A stretch of 62,124 nt of DNA, the filler included. It is 4 parts of 4 records of this genome, joined end to end, with 100 filler letters (N's around TTAATTAATTAA, not from the genome) between each part and the next. Parts side by side here need not be neighbours in the genome. Positions count along the whole stretch, not along the records: positions 31,286 to 54,888 come from DRR723986_9745; 3 more parts are not named here. One strand, given 5' to 3'. Of this stretch, positions 31,288 to 39,804 are shown piece by piece. The translations under genes were made by a program, and so were the position numbers. The stretch's first letter is position 1, and every line of letters begins with the position of its first letter. The notes under the pieces are model-generated. The model was not told the origin of the DNA. It was given only the letters and a program-made list of their open reading frames with translations, and did not search any database.

Positions 31288-31353
31288 GTGCCCGGTACCC
31301 GGCTCTATCGGCGGGCGGACGTTGAGCGCTTAGCCAATGGAGGTGCCGAATGA
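31288..31353 (+). CDS. C-terminal fragment of an excisionase/MerR-like HTH protein
   Basis: Manual translation VPGTRLYRRADVERLANGGAE*; ATGA overlap with the next gene. Confidence 0.5.
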   Translation: MPGTRLYRRADVERLANGGAE

Positions 31354-31601
31354 CGCCCCGTGATCGAGCGGAACTGGCCGCCGACATCGCAGCGCAAGTC
31401 CGGGAGAGCTTGCCGATTGGTGTGCAGCTCGTCGATCGCATCGAGCTCGCCCGCCGACTGAGCTGCAGCCCGTCACTGGTAGAAAAGCTCCAGCGAGATG
31501 GGATGCCACGTGTACGGATTGGTACTCGGGTCGTGTATGAGCCGGGCGAAGTAATCGAGTGGCTGAAAAGCCGAAAGGGGACCGATGCCGCGAAAAACTA
31601 A
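31350..31601 (+). CDS. Excisionase/AlpA-like HTH protein
   Basis: RIELARRLSCSPSLVEKLQRDGMPRVRIGTRVVYEPGEVIEWL. Confidence 0.8.
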   Translation: MTPRDRAELAADIAAQVRESLPIGVQLVDRIELARRLSCSPSLVEKLQRDGMPRVRIGTRVVYEPGEVIEWLKSRKGTDAAKN

Positions 31602-31815
31602 ACGACGACAGCCGCCAAAACCACAGCCCCGACGGCCGCTGCCTAGTGATGCCGACCGACCCGTCAGCATTGAAATCGCCGCAAAGACATGTGACGTGAC
31701 GGAATACCGTCTAAGGCGGTGGATAGCGAACGGACTGGTGCCAACGATCCGAATCGGCGGTCAGCAAAAAGTGCTAATCGCAAGCTTACGCCAAGACCTC
31801 ATCAATTTACTATGA
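31585..31815 (+). CDS. Excisionase-like HTH protein
   Basis: SIEIAAKTCDVTEYRLRRWIANGLVPTIRIGG. Confidence 0.75.
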   Translation: MPRKTKRRQPPKPQPRRPLPSDADRPVSIEIAAKTCDVTEYRLRRWIANGLVPTIRIGGQQKVLIASLRQDLINLL

Positions 31816-31825
31816 AAGGCAACCC

Positions 31826-32407
31826 ATGCCAAAAAAACTAACGGTGGACAGCCCACAGAGACTGCCACTGCAGTGGCCAGAGCCCGCTGATCAAGTAATC
31901 ACCGCGATCTCGGTTGAGCAGAGAGAGGCCCTCTTTGCGATCCGAGAACGCTGGTCGCTAATCGCGTTTCGCGTTGGAAAGGCGGGTGTACTGCCCTCCG
32001 AAAACTCGTTGCCGGTCGGTGCAGAGATGCCGTGGCTTGCGTGGCTTAGCACGCAGGCATTTGTGCTCGGACGACGCCAGCACTCCGTCAGTCTGCAGAT
32101 TGCTCACGACGCCAAGATTCGATTGAGGACGATTCGGCCAGCACTCCATGAAACCGAGCAGAAACTCATCCCGCTCGTAGAGGAATCGATTGAAATCCTC
32201 GAAGGTGTCGAGCGCGAGGTTGCCGCTGCCTACCAGCGATTTCGGCAGTTGGGGCGGATGCCAGCTTCACCGCAGATTGACGCTGAAATGGCCTCGCTGT
32301 CGCGACTGGGGTCGTTGCACAAGCTTGACGCGACGAGCAGATACCGGGAGATCCTGGCCCGGTACGACGAGCTAACGCAGTCTGACCTAGCTGTTATCAA
32401 CGCGTAA
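31826..32407 (+). CDS. Hypothetical protein
   Basis: 193-aa helical ORF in the operon; no motif recognised. Confidence 0.6.
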   Translation: MPKKLTVDSPQRLPLQWPEPADQVITAISVEQREALFAIRERWSLIAFRVGKAGVLPSENSLPVGAEMPWLAWLSTQAFVLGRRQHSVSLQIAHDAKIRLRTIRPALHETEQKLIPLVEESIEILEGVEREVAAAYQRFRQLGRMPASPQIDAEMASLSRLGSLHKLDATSRYREILARYDELTQSDLAVINA

Positions 32408-32515
32408 AGAAAAAGTAGCAGCCAGATGAATCGGCTCATCTGGCTGCTACGCAAAGGACGCGGCATGGCTACGCCGCCCGACCCAAGGACCACGACAAAT
32501 TAGGCACAATCGGAG

Positions 32516-33877
32516 GTGGATCTCGTGTCATTATCAAAGACTACAGCAGCGGCTGCGCATGTCACAGATTGCGCGCTACTCGATGGAAAAATTTCCGTCG
32601 TGTCGAAAGCCTTCGGACCAGCCGGACTTCAAACTGCGATGGCAGATAAACTGGCAAGGCTAAACGAGAACCTATTGTTGCGCACAATAGCAGTACCTGA
32701 GCGTCGTAAAGGTCACTGGATACCTTTCGGTCGAGGTGACTGGTATTCGCTATTCGGAGCGAACTACACGAAGGTCAAGCAAGCCGGAGTAAAGCTTGGC
32801 ATGCTCGAAACTAACGAGCGTTATTCGTCGCGGTCGACAACCTCACGTCGCGCGTTTCGCAAGTCACTACGCTTGAGTGAGGCTTATCGCACAGGCGAAT
32901 TCTCCCTCTACAAACTCGCGCGAAAACCGCGAGTCTCGTACATCGTCGACGCTGACAACCTCCAAGATGCGGGCGTCTGGCTCGCAAACCAAATGCACAG
33001 TTTCGCGCTGACTGCTGAGCCTCGCGATGCGTGGGATGCCCTCACACTTGCTCTGTTTGCGCGAGGCATGCATCGGCCATTCAGATGCGCATATTCACGA
33101 TTTCATTCCCTGATGACCGCAACGCCAAAATACCTCCGCAGAGGCCTTACCACCCGAAATAACAAAACACATATGATATACGGGAAGAAGCCGGAGAGCC
33201 CCCCCTCCCTCCTGTCTTTCTTGGGTAGTCTTAAGCTCCAAGAGGCTCCAAATTTATATCAAGGCCCGCAGCACAACGAGCTAGTCGAAATCGACGTAAA
33301 GAACTGCCAGCCGCTCATACTCGGTAAATTGGCTGGTGACAGATTCGGTGTACGCAGTTGTCCTAGTGATATAAGCGAGTGGATCGAGCTGTCTGAGAGT
33401 GGCCGAATTTATGAGGCCATCATGGCAGAACTTCACTCTGGTCGTTTTGAGGCCGTGCGCGTAGAGCGCGAGGGGAGAAGTTGGCTCGATGATCCTCTCG
33501 CCTACACCCGTGACCGGACGAAGAAAGCAGTCATTACGGCCATGTTCGCGTCAGGCTGTGTATCTGAGCGCATGCTGGTTTGGCAGGTGATTAAGGCTCG
33601 CTGGCCAAGCATCGCAACGGTCGCGTCGGCAATTAAGGGCAAACAACATGAGGCTTTAGCGCGCGAGTGCCAGAAGGTCGAATCATCTCTTGTGATCGAT
33701 GGCGTTTGCGGTCATCTCGCCGAGCATCACGCAGACCTGCCGACGCTAACTATCCACGATTGCGTCATCGTACCGCGATATGCCCAGTCACTTGTAGAAG
33801 AACTGATCCAAGATCATTTCGAACGGGCTGGGATGCGGCCGCAATTGGATGTAAGTGACTTGGCCAAGGCTGCGTAA
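32516..33877 (+). CDS. Putative replication protein with family-A DNA polymerase-like palm motifs
   Basis: Motif A-like LVEIDVKNCQP, motif B-like RDRTKKAVITAMFA and motif C-like LTIHDCVIV occur in the right order. Confidence 0.6.
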   Translation: MDLVSLSKTTAAAAHVTDCALLDGKISVVSKAFGPAGLQTAMADKLARLNENLLLRTIAVPERRKGHWIPFGRGDWYSLFGANYTKVKQAGVKLGMLETNERYSSRSTTSRRAFRKSLRLSEAYRTGEFSLYKLARKPRVSYIVDADNLQDAGVWLANQMHSFALTAEPRDAWDALTLALFARGMHRPFRCAYSRFHSLMTATPKYLRRGLTTRNNKTHMIYGKKPESPPSLLSFLGSLKLQEAPNLYQGPQHNELVEIDVKNCQPLILGKLAGDRFGVRSCPSDISEWIELSESGRIYEAIMAELHSGRFEAVRVEREGRSWLDDPLAYTRDRTKKAVITAMFASGCVSERMLVWQVIKARWPSIATVASAIKGKQHEALARECQKVESSLVIDGVCGHLAEHHADLPTLTIHDCVIVPRYAQSLVEELIQDHFERAGMRPQLDVSDLAKAA

Positions 33878-34136
33878 AGACCGAATCGATTACGACGGCT
33901 ATATGTGAGCCTGCCTTCGTTTGATCCAGCAAAACGGAAGCCGTTTCCGTTTTGCCAGTAGCTTTCATGCTCGAACTGGCCCCCAAAAGTAAGACTTACC
34001 TTCATAACGCCGAGCCTGCCTTTAGCAAAAGCGGACACTGTGTCCGTTTTCACATCTCGTTGAGTTCTTGAGACGCAACGAATAGCGACGTTTTTGGTCT
34101 CCGACTCCGGACGCTAACTTCCGGAGTACAAAAATT

Positions 34137-35660
34137 GTGGATTCAACAGACCTTTTTCAAACGATATGCGAGCTGCCGCCGCTCGAACAACTCAAGCTCC
34201 TGCGAGCTCTCCATCGCGAGATTTGCGACTCGATTCCGGACACTGACATTCTGTTGGACGTGCCGGTCGACTCGCTGAAGCCTTCACCGGAAAACGACGC
34301 AATCTATGGTGCTGTCGGCGCAGCAGATGAAGCGATGGAGGCTCTGATTGAGTCCATCGCACACCGCGGCCTAGCCGAAGCCATCATTGTTTCGTCTGAT
34401 GGCTACATAGTGTCTGGGCACCGGCGTTACTATGCGGTCCAGCAGCTGGGCTGGGACACCGTTACGGTCCGGTTGAGCGATCTGCGGAGGTCCGAATGCC
34501 TTGACCAGTGGCCTGCAATCCTCGCGGAATACAACCCCCAGCGCATAAAGAAACCGGCCACGCTTTTGCGCGAGGCCTTGCTCCGGGGGGCAGACAATCC
34601 GGCCAGCTTGTTGAAAGAGCATACAGCGGCCTCAATGTCGGCGGCTTCGAATGGCGATTATCGGTCAGTGCTAGGCCACAAGCACTTAACGCCAATCTCA
34701 AAGAAGAAGCAGGAATTTCTTCGCGCAGCTCAACAAGTAGTCTTCGATCTGAAAGTGTATTGGCCGATCACCGTCAGAGCGGTCCACTACCGCCTTCTAA
34801 ATGCGCCGCCGCAAATTTCGACGCCAAAGAAACCGACGAAACCGGCAAGCCACTACACCTATCGAAACGATCTAAGGTCTTACCAAGCGCTCACAGCGCT
34901 GCTCCGGGACGCCCGATACATGCCAGCCACCGCTGTGACTAGCGATCGGTACCCCGATTGGCAGACTGAGATTCCTGTGGAATCGATCGATGACCCGACG
35001 AGACCGCAGTGGACGCACGAGGGCTGGTTTAGCGTCTCCGAATTCGTCACACAGGCGTTCGACGGGTTTCTACGCGGGTACCACCGCCACCTCCAAGAGT
35101 CACAACCACGCCACATCGAGCTGCTCGGTGAGAAGAACACTCTTGCGCCCATGCTGCGCCCGCTCGCGCAAGAGTACTGCGTGCCGCTTACTCTAGGTCG
35201 CGGCTACGGCACCACGCCCATGTGGCGGGATATGGCCGCGCGTTTCGAGCGTTCTGGTGCGTCGAAAATGACGCTAATCGTCGCCAGCGACTTTGATCCA
35301 GAGGGGCTAGATCTAGCAGACGACGCAATCCGCTCGTTACGCGACCTATGGGGCTTGGACGTTGAGTACCAGCGGGTGGGCGTTACTTTAAAGCAAATCG
35401 AAGAACTGGGGCTGAAGGCCAACTGTAACCCCGCAAAAGTGACTTCCTCGCGTTTCAAGACGTTTGTCTCATCGACGGGCGGCGCAGATACGTGGGAACT
35501 GGAAGCTCTTCCGCCGGAGTACCTGGTCAGCGCGACAGAAAGTGCCATTCGAGCGAACTTGGATCTTTCGATTTTCGCAGCGTCAAAACGACAACAGAAC
35601 GCAGATGTAGAGGTTCTGGCCGAAACACGCAGACAGCTAATTTCGGCCCTGGACCTTTAG
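34137..35660 (+). CDS. ParB/Srx N-terminal domain fused to a Spo11/TopoVI-A-like TOPRIM domain
   Basis: IVSGHRR (ParB), TVRAVHYRL, GEKN, SDFDPEG and WELEALPP. Confidence 0.65.
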   Translation: MDSTDLFQTICELPPLEQLKLLRALHREICDSIPDTDILLDVPVDSLKPSPENDAIYGAVGAADEAMEALIESIAHRGLAEAIIVSSDGYIVSGHRRYYAVQQLGWDTVTVRLSDLRRSECLDQWPAILAEYNPQRIKKPATLLREALLRGADNPASLLKEHTAASMSAASNGDYRSVLGHKHLTPISKKKQEFLRAAQQVVFDLKVYWPITVRAVHYRLLNAPPQISTPKKPTKPASHYTYRNDLRSYQALTALLRDARYMPATAVTSDRYPDWQTEIPVESIDDPTRPQWTHEGWFSVSEFVTQAFDGFLRGYHRHLQESQPRHIELLGEKNTLAPMLRPLAQEYCVPLTLGRGYGTTPMWRDMAARFERSGASKMTLIVASDFDPEGLDLADDAIRSLRDLWGLDVEYQRVGVTLKQIEELGLKANCNPAKVTSSRFKTFVSSTGGADTWELEALPPEYLVSATESAIRANLDLSIFAASKRQQNADVEVLAETRRQLISALDL

Positions 35661-35721
35661 GTTGTTGGAGTCTTCGGCCAGTTTTTCTTCATGGTGAGAT
35701 TTTGTTTTTGGAGACACAGAT

Positions 35722-36234
35722 ATGACCGCATCAAGAACGCTACGCACGGCTTCGCAAGCAGAGAGCGAAGCGAGAATTGACCGAATCGAGGCGACGATCC
35801 AGCTCGCCGAAGAAGAACGCAAATGGATGGCCCACGGGCGCAAGTCCGCAAGACTAGGTGACCGTGCGGGCATTTTGAGATGCTTGTTTCAAACCGCCTA
35901 TGCGAAAAAAGCGTATGCGAAGAAAATCGGTGATGACGCGCTCAGAAAAAGCATGGCGAACGACATGGCGGCCGTGGTTGAAATCGGCGAACGCATGGGC
36001 CTACGCCCGGAGTATGGCTCCGGATTCAGAGACCAAAAATTCTCGAAGAAACGCAAGGAGCTGCTGGAGCAGCTCAACATAGCGCAACGCGAGATCAACG
36101 ATCTGCTTCTGGAGTACGAGGGTGACGAACTGCTAACGCGTCATGCAGAGAGAATCAACACTAAGCTAGCGCAACACTGCCGTTCGCTGGGACTCGTCAA
36201 ACAGGACGGCCTCTGGCGCGACCCACACGCGTAG
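35722..36234 (+). CDS. Hypothetical protein
   Basis: GGAG RBS; 170-aa charged helical ORF. Confidence 0.6.
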   Translation: MTASRTLRTASQAESEARIDRIEATIQLAEEERKWMAHGRKSARLGDRAGILRCLFQTAYAKKAYAKKIGDDALRKSMANDMAAVVEIGERMGLRPEYGSGFRDQKFSKKRKELLEQLNIAQREINDLLLEYEGDELLTRHAERINTKLAQHCRSLGLVKQDGLWRDPHA

Positions 36235-36278
36235 GTGGCGGTTGTCTCACGTTCATCTTCTAGCCCCGGAGTCCATCC

Positions 36279-36950
36279 ATGTCGATTGTTTCGCGCGCTG
36301 ACCTATCAGTGACCTTGAGCCAGCACCAGTCGAGGGAGGCATTAGCTCATGTCATTGACGCTGCGGCCCTTCTCGAAACTACAGACATAGTCGCAGCAGC
36401 TAAGCTTCTGAACGAGGTCCTGCGGCACTGTTCCGCGCAAGAATGCTCGCCCGAATGTGCGCAAGAGCTTCGGCGAGTGTTCATTCGCCTCCACGCCGCC
36501 CACCAGTATTTGGACGGCAGCGAGTACGTCGACGGCGCTGTCGTGAGACATATGTCAACGATGCTCGACAAACGGATCGATGCCAGTTTCGAAATCGTTG
36601 GCATCGCACCGGACGAGTCGTTGCAACTCTTGCGGGAGCATTGGCTCCGCGACTCCCTGATGGCGTTGTCTGCGTGCCTGCAGTTCCCGGAGCTGTTTAT
36701 GGATGAACGTACAGAAATTCTCTTCGAGCAGATTCAGACGGTCATTGACGCTCCAGCAGAGGTGCGGCGTGCGCTCGAAGATCACGCAGAGTGGTTTGAG
36801 GCGGCCGCAGACCCTAGCGTCAGCGTCGGACCAGACCTCGTGCAGTGGCTGCGGAGGGCGCGGCTGGTAACGCGCTTAGTGCCGCCTGACACCGCTGGAC
36901 TACCCAGTCTTAACGCGGCCATAAGCCGAACCGAGGCAGTGGTCTACTAG
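36279..36950 (+). CDS. Hypothetical protein
   Basis: GGAG RBS; 223-aa helical ORF. Confidence 0.6.
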   Translation: MSIVSRADLSVTLSQHQSREALAHVIDAAALLETTDIVAAAKLLNEVLRHCSAQECSPECAQELRRVFIRLHAAHQYLDGSEYVDGAVVRHMSTMLDKRIDASFEIVGIAPDESLQLLREHWLRDSLMALSACLQFPELFMDERTEILFEQIQTVIDAPAEVRRALEDHAEWFEAAADPSVSVGPDLVQWLRRARLVTRLVPPDTAGLPSLNAAISRTEAVVY

Positions 36951-37133
36951 CCTTTGAATTTCGAGCCAGTTTTGGCACTCCTCCATCACAAAACGATCTC
37001 GACTATACTGCTAGCTTTCACATGGCATTGCGGCCGTTCTTCCGTTTTGGCTATGAAACCTAGTTGGGAGGGGTAGAATCAGTCCCTCTGACTTCAGATA
37101 TGGACGCCGCCTTCCCCGGTCAGTGCAGAAATT

Positions 37134-37829
37134 ATGCATAGTGAATTGCTGCAAAACAACGCAGATGACATTGTTGCCAGCCGCGCAATTCCAAGGAATG
37201 TATTGGAAGACTTTCTCCACGTTGCGGGCATTGAACCTGGAGCCTGCCGCCGCCTAATGGCTGGATTGGAGAAACTAAACGGTATCCCCACACCTGAGCA
37301 ACTTGGACTTCTTGCCTTAGATGTTATCGGCATCGAAAACGTTGCGCAGAGTTTGACGATGGTCCTGTGCACTATCCGCCCAGATGAACTCCATAAATAC
37401 ATTGAGTCGCTCCACGAATGGGTGGAATCGGACAAAAGACGAAGTGAAGTTTTTAGTGAGGCAGTCTTTTCTCAGCTGGAGGAGAACCTATCCATTCTGT
37501 TTGATCGGGAGAACACACCGGTCCACTTGCTGCAGAAGGCGATGAGGCTTCCACAAGTCACAGGCAAGCAGTTCTTGAATGCGAAAATCGTATGTGATCT
37601 TCGACCTGTGTTCGACCAACCAGGTAGTGAAGTAGCAGGATTCGTGATCGTGAATACGCTACGCTTAAACTTCCAGTCCGAACAGTCCGAGGAGTCTTCA
37701 ATTGAAGTTATTGTAAGCGACTCAGCCATTTCGCAATTGCGTGCTGATTTGCAGCGTGCCGAGCAGAAGATTCAGTCGTTGAGACGACTTCGTAACTCTT
37801 TTGGAGTCTCTCCGGAGGAAGACGAATGA
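37134..37829 (+). CDS. Hypothetical protein with a COMM-domain-like C-terminus
   Basis: Helical N-terminus, then the beta-beta-beta-alpha pattern AKIVCDLRPVF...VIVNTLRLNF...SIEVIVSDSAISQLRADLQRAEQKI. Confidence 0.5.
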   Translation: MHSELLQNNADDIVASRAIPRNVLEDFLHVAGIEPGACRRLMAGLEKLNGIPTPEQLGLLALDVIGIENVAQSLTMVLCTIRPDELHKYIESLHEWVESDKRRSEVFSEAVFSQLEENLSILFDRENTPVHLLQKAMRLPQVTGKQFLNAKIVCDLRPVFDQPGSEVAGFVIVNTLRLNFQSEQSEESSIEVIVSDSAISQLRADLQRAEQKIQSLRRLRNSFGVSPEEDE

Positions 37830-38629
37830 GTACTGCAATTAGCCCATTCGAACCCAACGCTCTAACCGCAAGCAAAACTAGTTGGTGGAAGCTGCCGTCC
37901 CCTCCCGCAACGGAAATCGCCACCGAGACTGCAGCCCCGTGGTTTGTGAGCCCCCTGGCAGCGAAGTCCATTGGGCATCCCAGTATCATTAGTCTTCCAC
38001 GCGCCGCATGGAAGGCAGATTGGCAGGAAGATCCGGACTTCTTACTTGAACGCCTCCACTCACCGGAGCTATCGGATCGTCGGAAGGCAGCGGTACTGTG
38101 TGAGATGGTGGGCTTTTCTGATGATCAAGTTAGGTTGCTGCTTGACGGTCTCCGCGATTTCATTTGTGGGCAACGGTTCTCGCGGGATGAAAGCACTTTG
38201 ACCGCAGTTTCTGCAAGCATCAGGAAATTTGCGATGTACATGCGCAAGAACGACCAGACAACTTTTGCGGACTGGTTCTATCCGTCCGGAATTCAAGCAT
38301 TGCCAAATTCAATAGAACTGGAATTGGCCAAGTCGCTTTACGCAAGATTTGCGTATGCCGAAAGTAAATTGGAATTTTGTGAAGAGTTGGTCAAGGCTGT
38401 TGCACAGTTGGCAACTGACTATATGTCGAGTCGTAGATTGATACTTCAGGAGAATTACGCAGCAATCGCTCTGAATGCCGCTGTTTCTACCGTACTGCTC
38501 TCCAGTGGTTCAGATCAACTCTTTTCAGATGCAGTTCGCAGTCAGCTAGAAGCCCTAAATCTTGACTGGTTCACCGAAATGTTCGAGCTTCGACTTGCAG
38601 AGGCAAGTGAAGCAATCTCGGATGCCTGA
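37826..38629 (+). CDS. Hypothetical alpha-helical (HEAT-like) protein
   Basis: ATGA-coupled to the upstream gene; amphipathic helices after a Pro-rich N-terminus. Confidence 0.55.
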   Translation: MSTAISPFEPNALTASKTSWWKLPSPPATEIATETAAPWFVSPLAAKSIGHPSIISLPRAAWKADWQEDPDFLLERLHSPELSDRRKAAVLCEMVGFSDDQVRLLLDGLRDFICGQRFSRDESTLTAVSASIRKFAMYMRKNDQTTFADWFYPSGIQALPNSIELELAKSLYARFAYAESKLEFCEELVKAVAQLATDYMSSRRLILQENYAAIALNAAVSTVLLSSGSDQLFSDAVRSQLEALNLDWFTEMFELRLAEASEAISDA

Positions 38630-38631
38630 AT

Positions 38632-39324
38632 ATGCCCGCATCAAAGCTGTCCGGAGTGCCAACTTCAGTCTCTCCTTTTGACGTGCTCGTTACGGAAGGC
38701 AATGAACCTGGTTTGTTGGCTCATGCTATGCTCTACGTGGGGCAAGACCGCACTGACGTGACCGCTGCTACGAAACTTGACACGTTCCACATGGGGCCCC
38801 CCCTTGAGACACATATTTCTGCGGCATATGCCTGCGGAAGAGCTGATTTAACGGCTGAACAGCAGTTGAAGATAAAGACATTCCTCGATGAACGAATGTC
38901 AGAAAAAGCAGCGTTGGATTCGCGCAGGAAGATTTTGGGGAAGAAGCGAAGAGACGCCGAAGAATATTGGTTGTTGCCAGATGCATTGCCTCCGTCGAGG
39001 GAGGTTTCGATATGGCGTTTTAGCTGTGTTGGCCTGGTTAAGAAAGCGTATCTTCAAGCTGGGATCAAGCTACTTGCTACTAACCTGCCAAAGCGTTCAC
39101 TCGCTGAATTACAAAGGTTCTATCCTGGTCGCTCGCAGCAACGAATCCTCGCGAGCCCTGAGCTGCGGAGCACGTTCCTCGGACTGACCGGGAACGGCCC
39201 ATGGGCGGTAAGTCTGGTAGGCTACGTCATCCATTCTTTAGCTCGGGAAGCCGCTTTGATCAACCCAGAACGCGGCAACGCTATCCCTTACAAACCGCGG
39301 TCTCAAGACTCACACTTTCCTTGA
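38632..39324 (+). CDS. Permuted papain-like (NlpC/P60, YiiX-type) enzyme
   Basis: N-terminal HAMLYVG precedes C-terminal FSCVGLVKKAYLQAGI, the His-before-Cys order of permuted NlpC/P60 proteins. Confidence 0.6.
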   Translation: MPASKLSGVPTSVSPFDVLVTEGNEPGLLAHAMLYVGQDRTDVTAATKLDTFHMGPPLETHISAAYACGRADLTAEQQLKIKTFLDERMSEKAALDSRRKILGKKRRDAEEYWLLPDALPPSREVSIWRFSCVGLVKKAYLQAGIKLLATNLPKRSLAELQRFYPGRSQQRILASPELRSTFLGLTGNGPWAVSLVGYVIHSLAREAALINPERGNAIPYKPRSQDSHFP

Positions 39325-39405
39325 AGAACGCCGTAGTCACTTGAATCTGCCCCTCCGCACGCCAGAATGCCCTGAAAGTTCCGGGGGATCTGGGGGCAGT
39401 ACGCT

Positions 39406-39804
39406 ATGGCTGACGAAGCAGAGGACAAAGTAAAGGCTCTGACCGGGCACGAGCTAACGCTCAGCTGTCGAGCCATCAACGAAGGGTGGGATATCAGTGA
39501 CGATGTCCGATCTGAAACCATTCGGCGGCTTCAAGAGACGATCCTAGCAAGCGACTCGACGAAGCGCGAGGTTGTTCGTGCGGCTACCGCACTAGCCACT
39601 ATCGAACGGCTGAAGCTCCAAGCTGTTTCTGCAGCCAAGGCGGCTATCGACACTTCTCCGCAGGTCGTCTACGTCCAAGCGCCTCAGGACGCTAAGGCGG
39701 ATCCCGTACGAGAGATGATCGAAAACGCCAACGAAGAACAGTTGGCTGTCATCGCCGAACTCTTACGAAAGCAGACGAGTGGATCCGAACCTGCTACTGG
39801 CTGA
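39406..39804 (+). CDS. Putative terminase small subunit
   Basis: 132-aa helical ORF overlapping the terL start; the call rests mainly on position. Confidence 0.5.
   Translation: MADEAEDKVKALTGHELTLSCRAINEGWDISDDVRSETIRRLQETILASDSTKREVVRAATALATIERLKLQAVSAAKAAIDTSPQVVYVQAPQDAKADPVREMIENANEEQLAVIAELLRKQTSGSEPATG

Noticed and set aside
32516-34130. Retron or other reverse-transcriptase system
   Set aside because: The protein lacks a YxDD motif, and its motifs fit family-A polymerases better.
34137-35660. Wadjet (JetABCD) system
   Set aside because: Only a TOPRIM-like domain is present; there are no SMC, kleisin or KITE genes.
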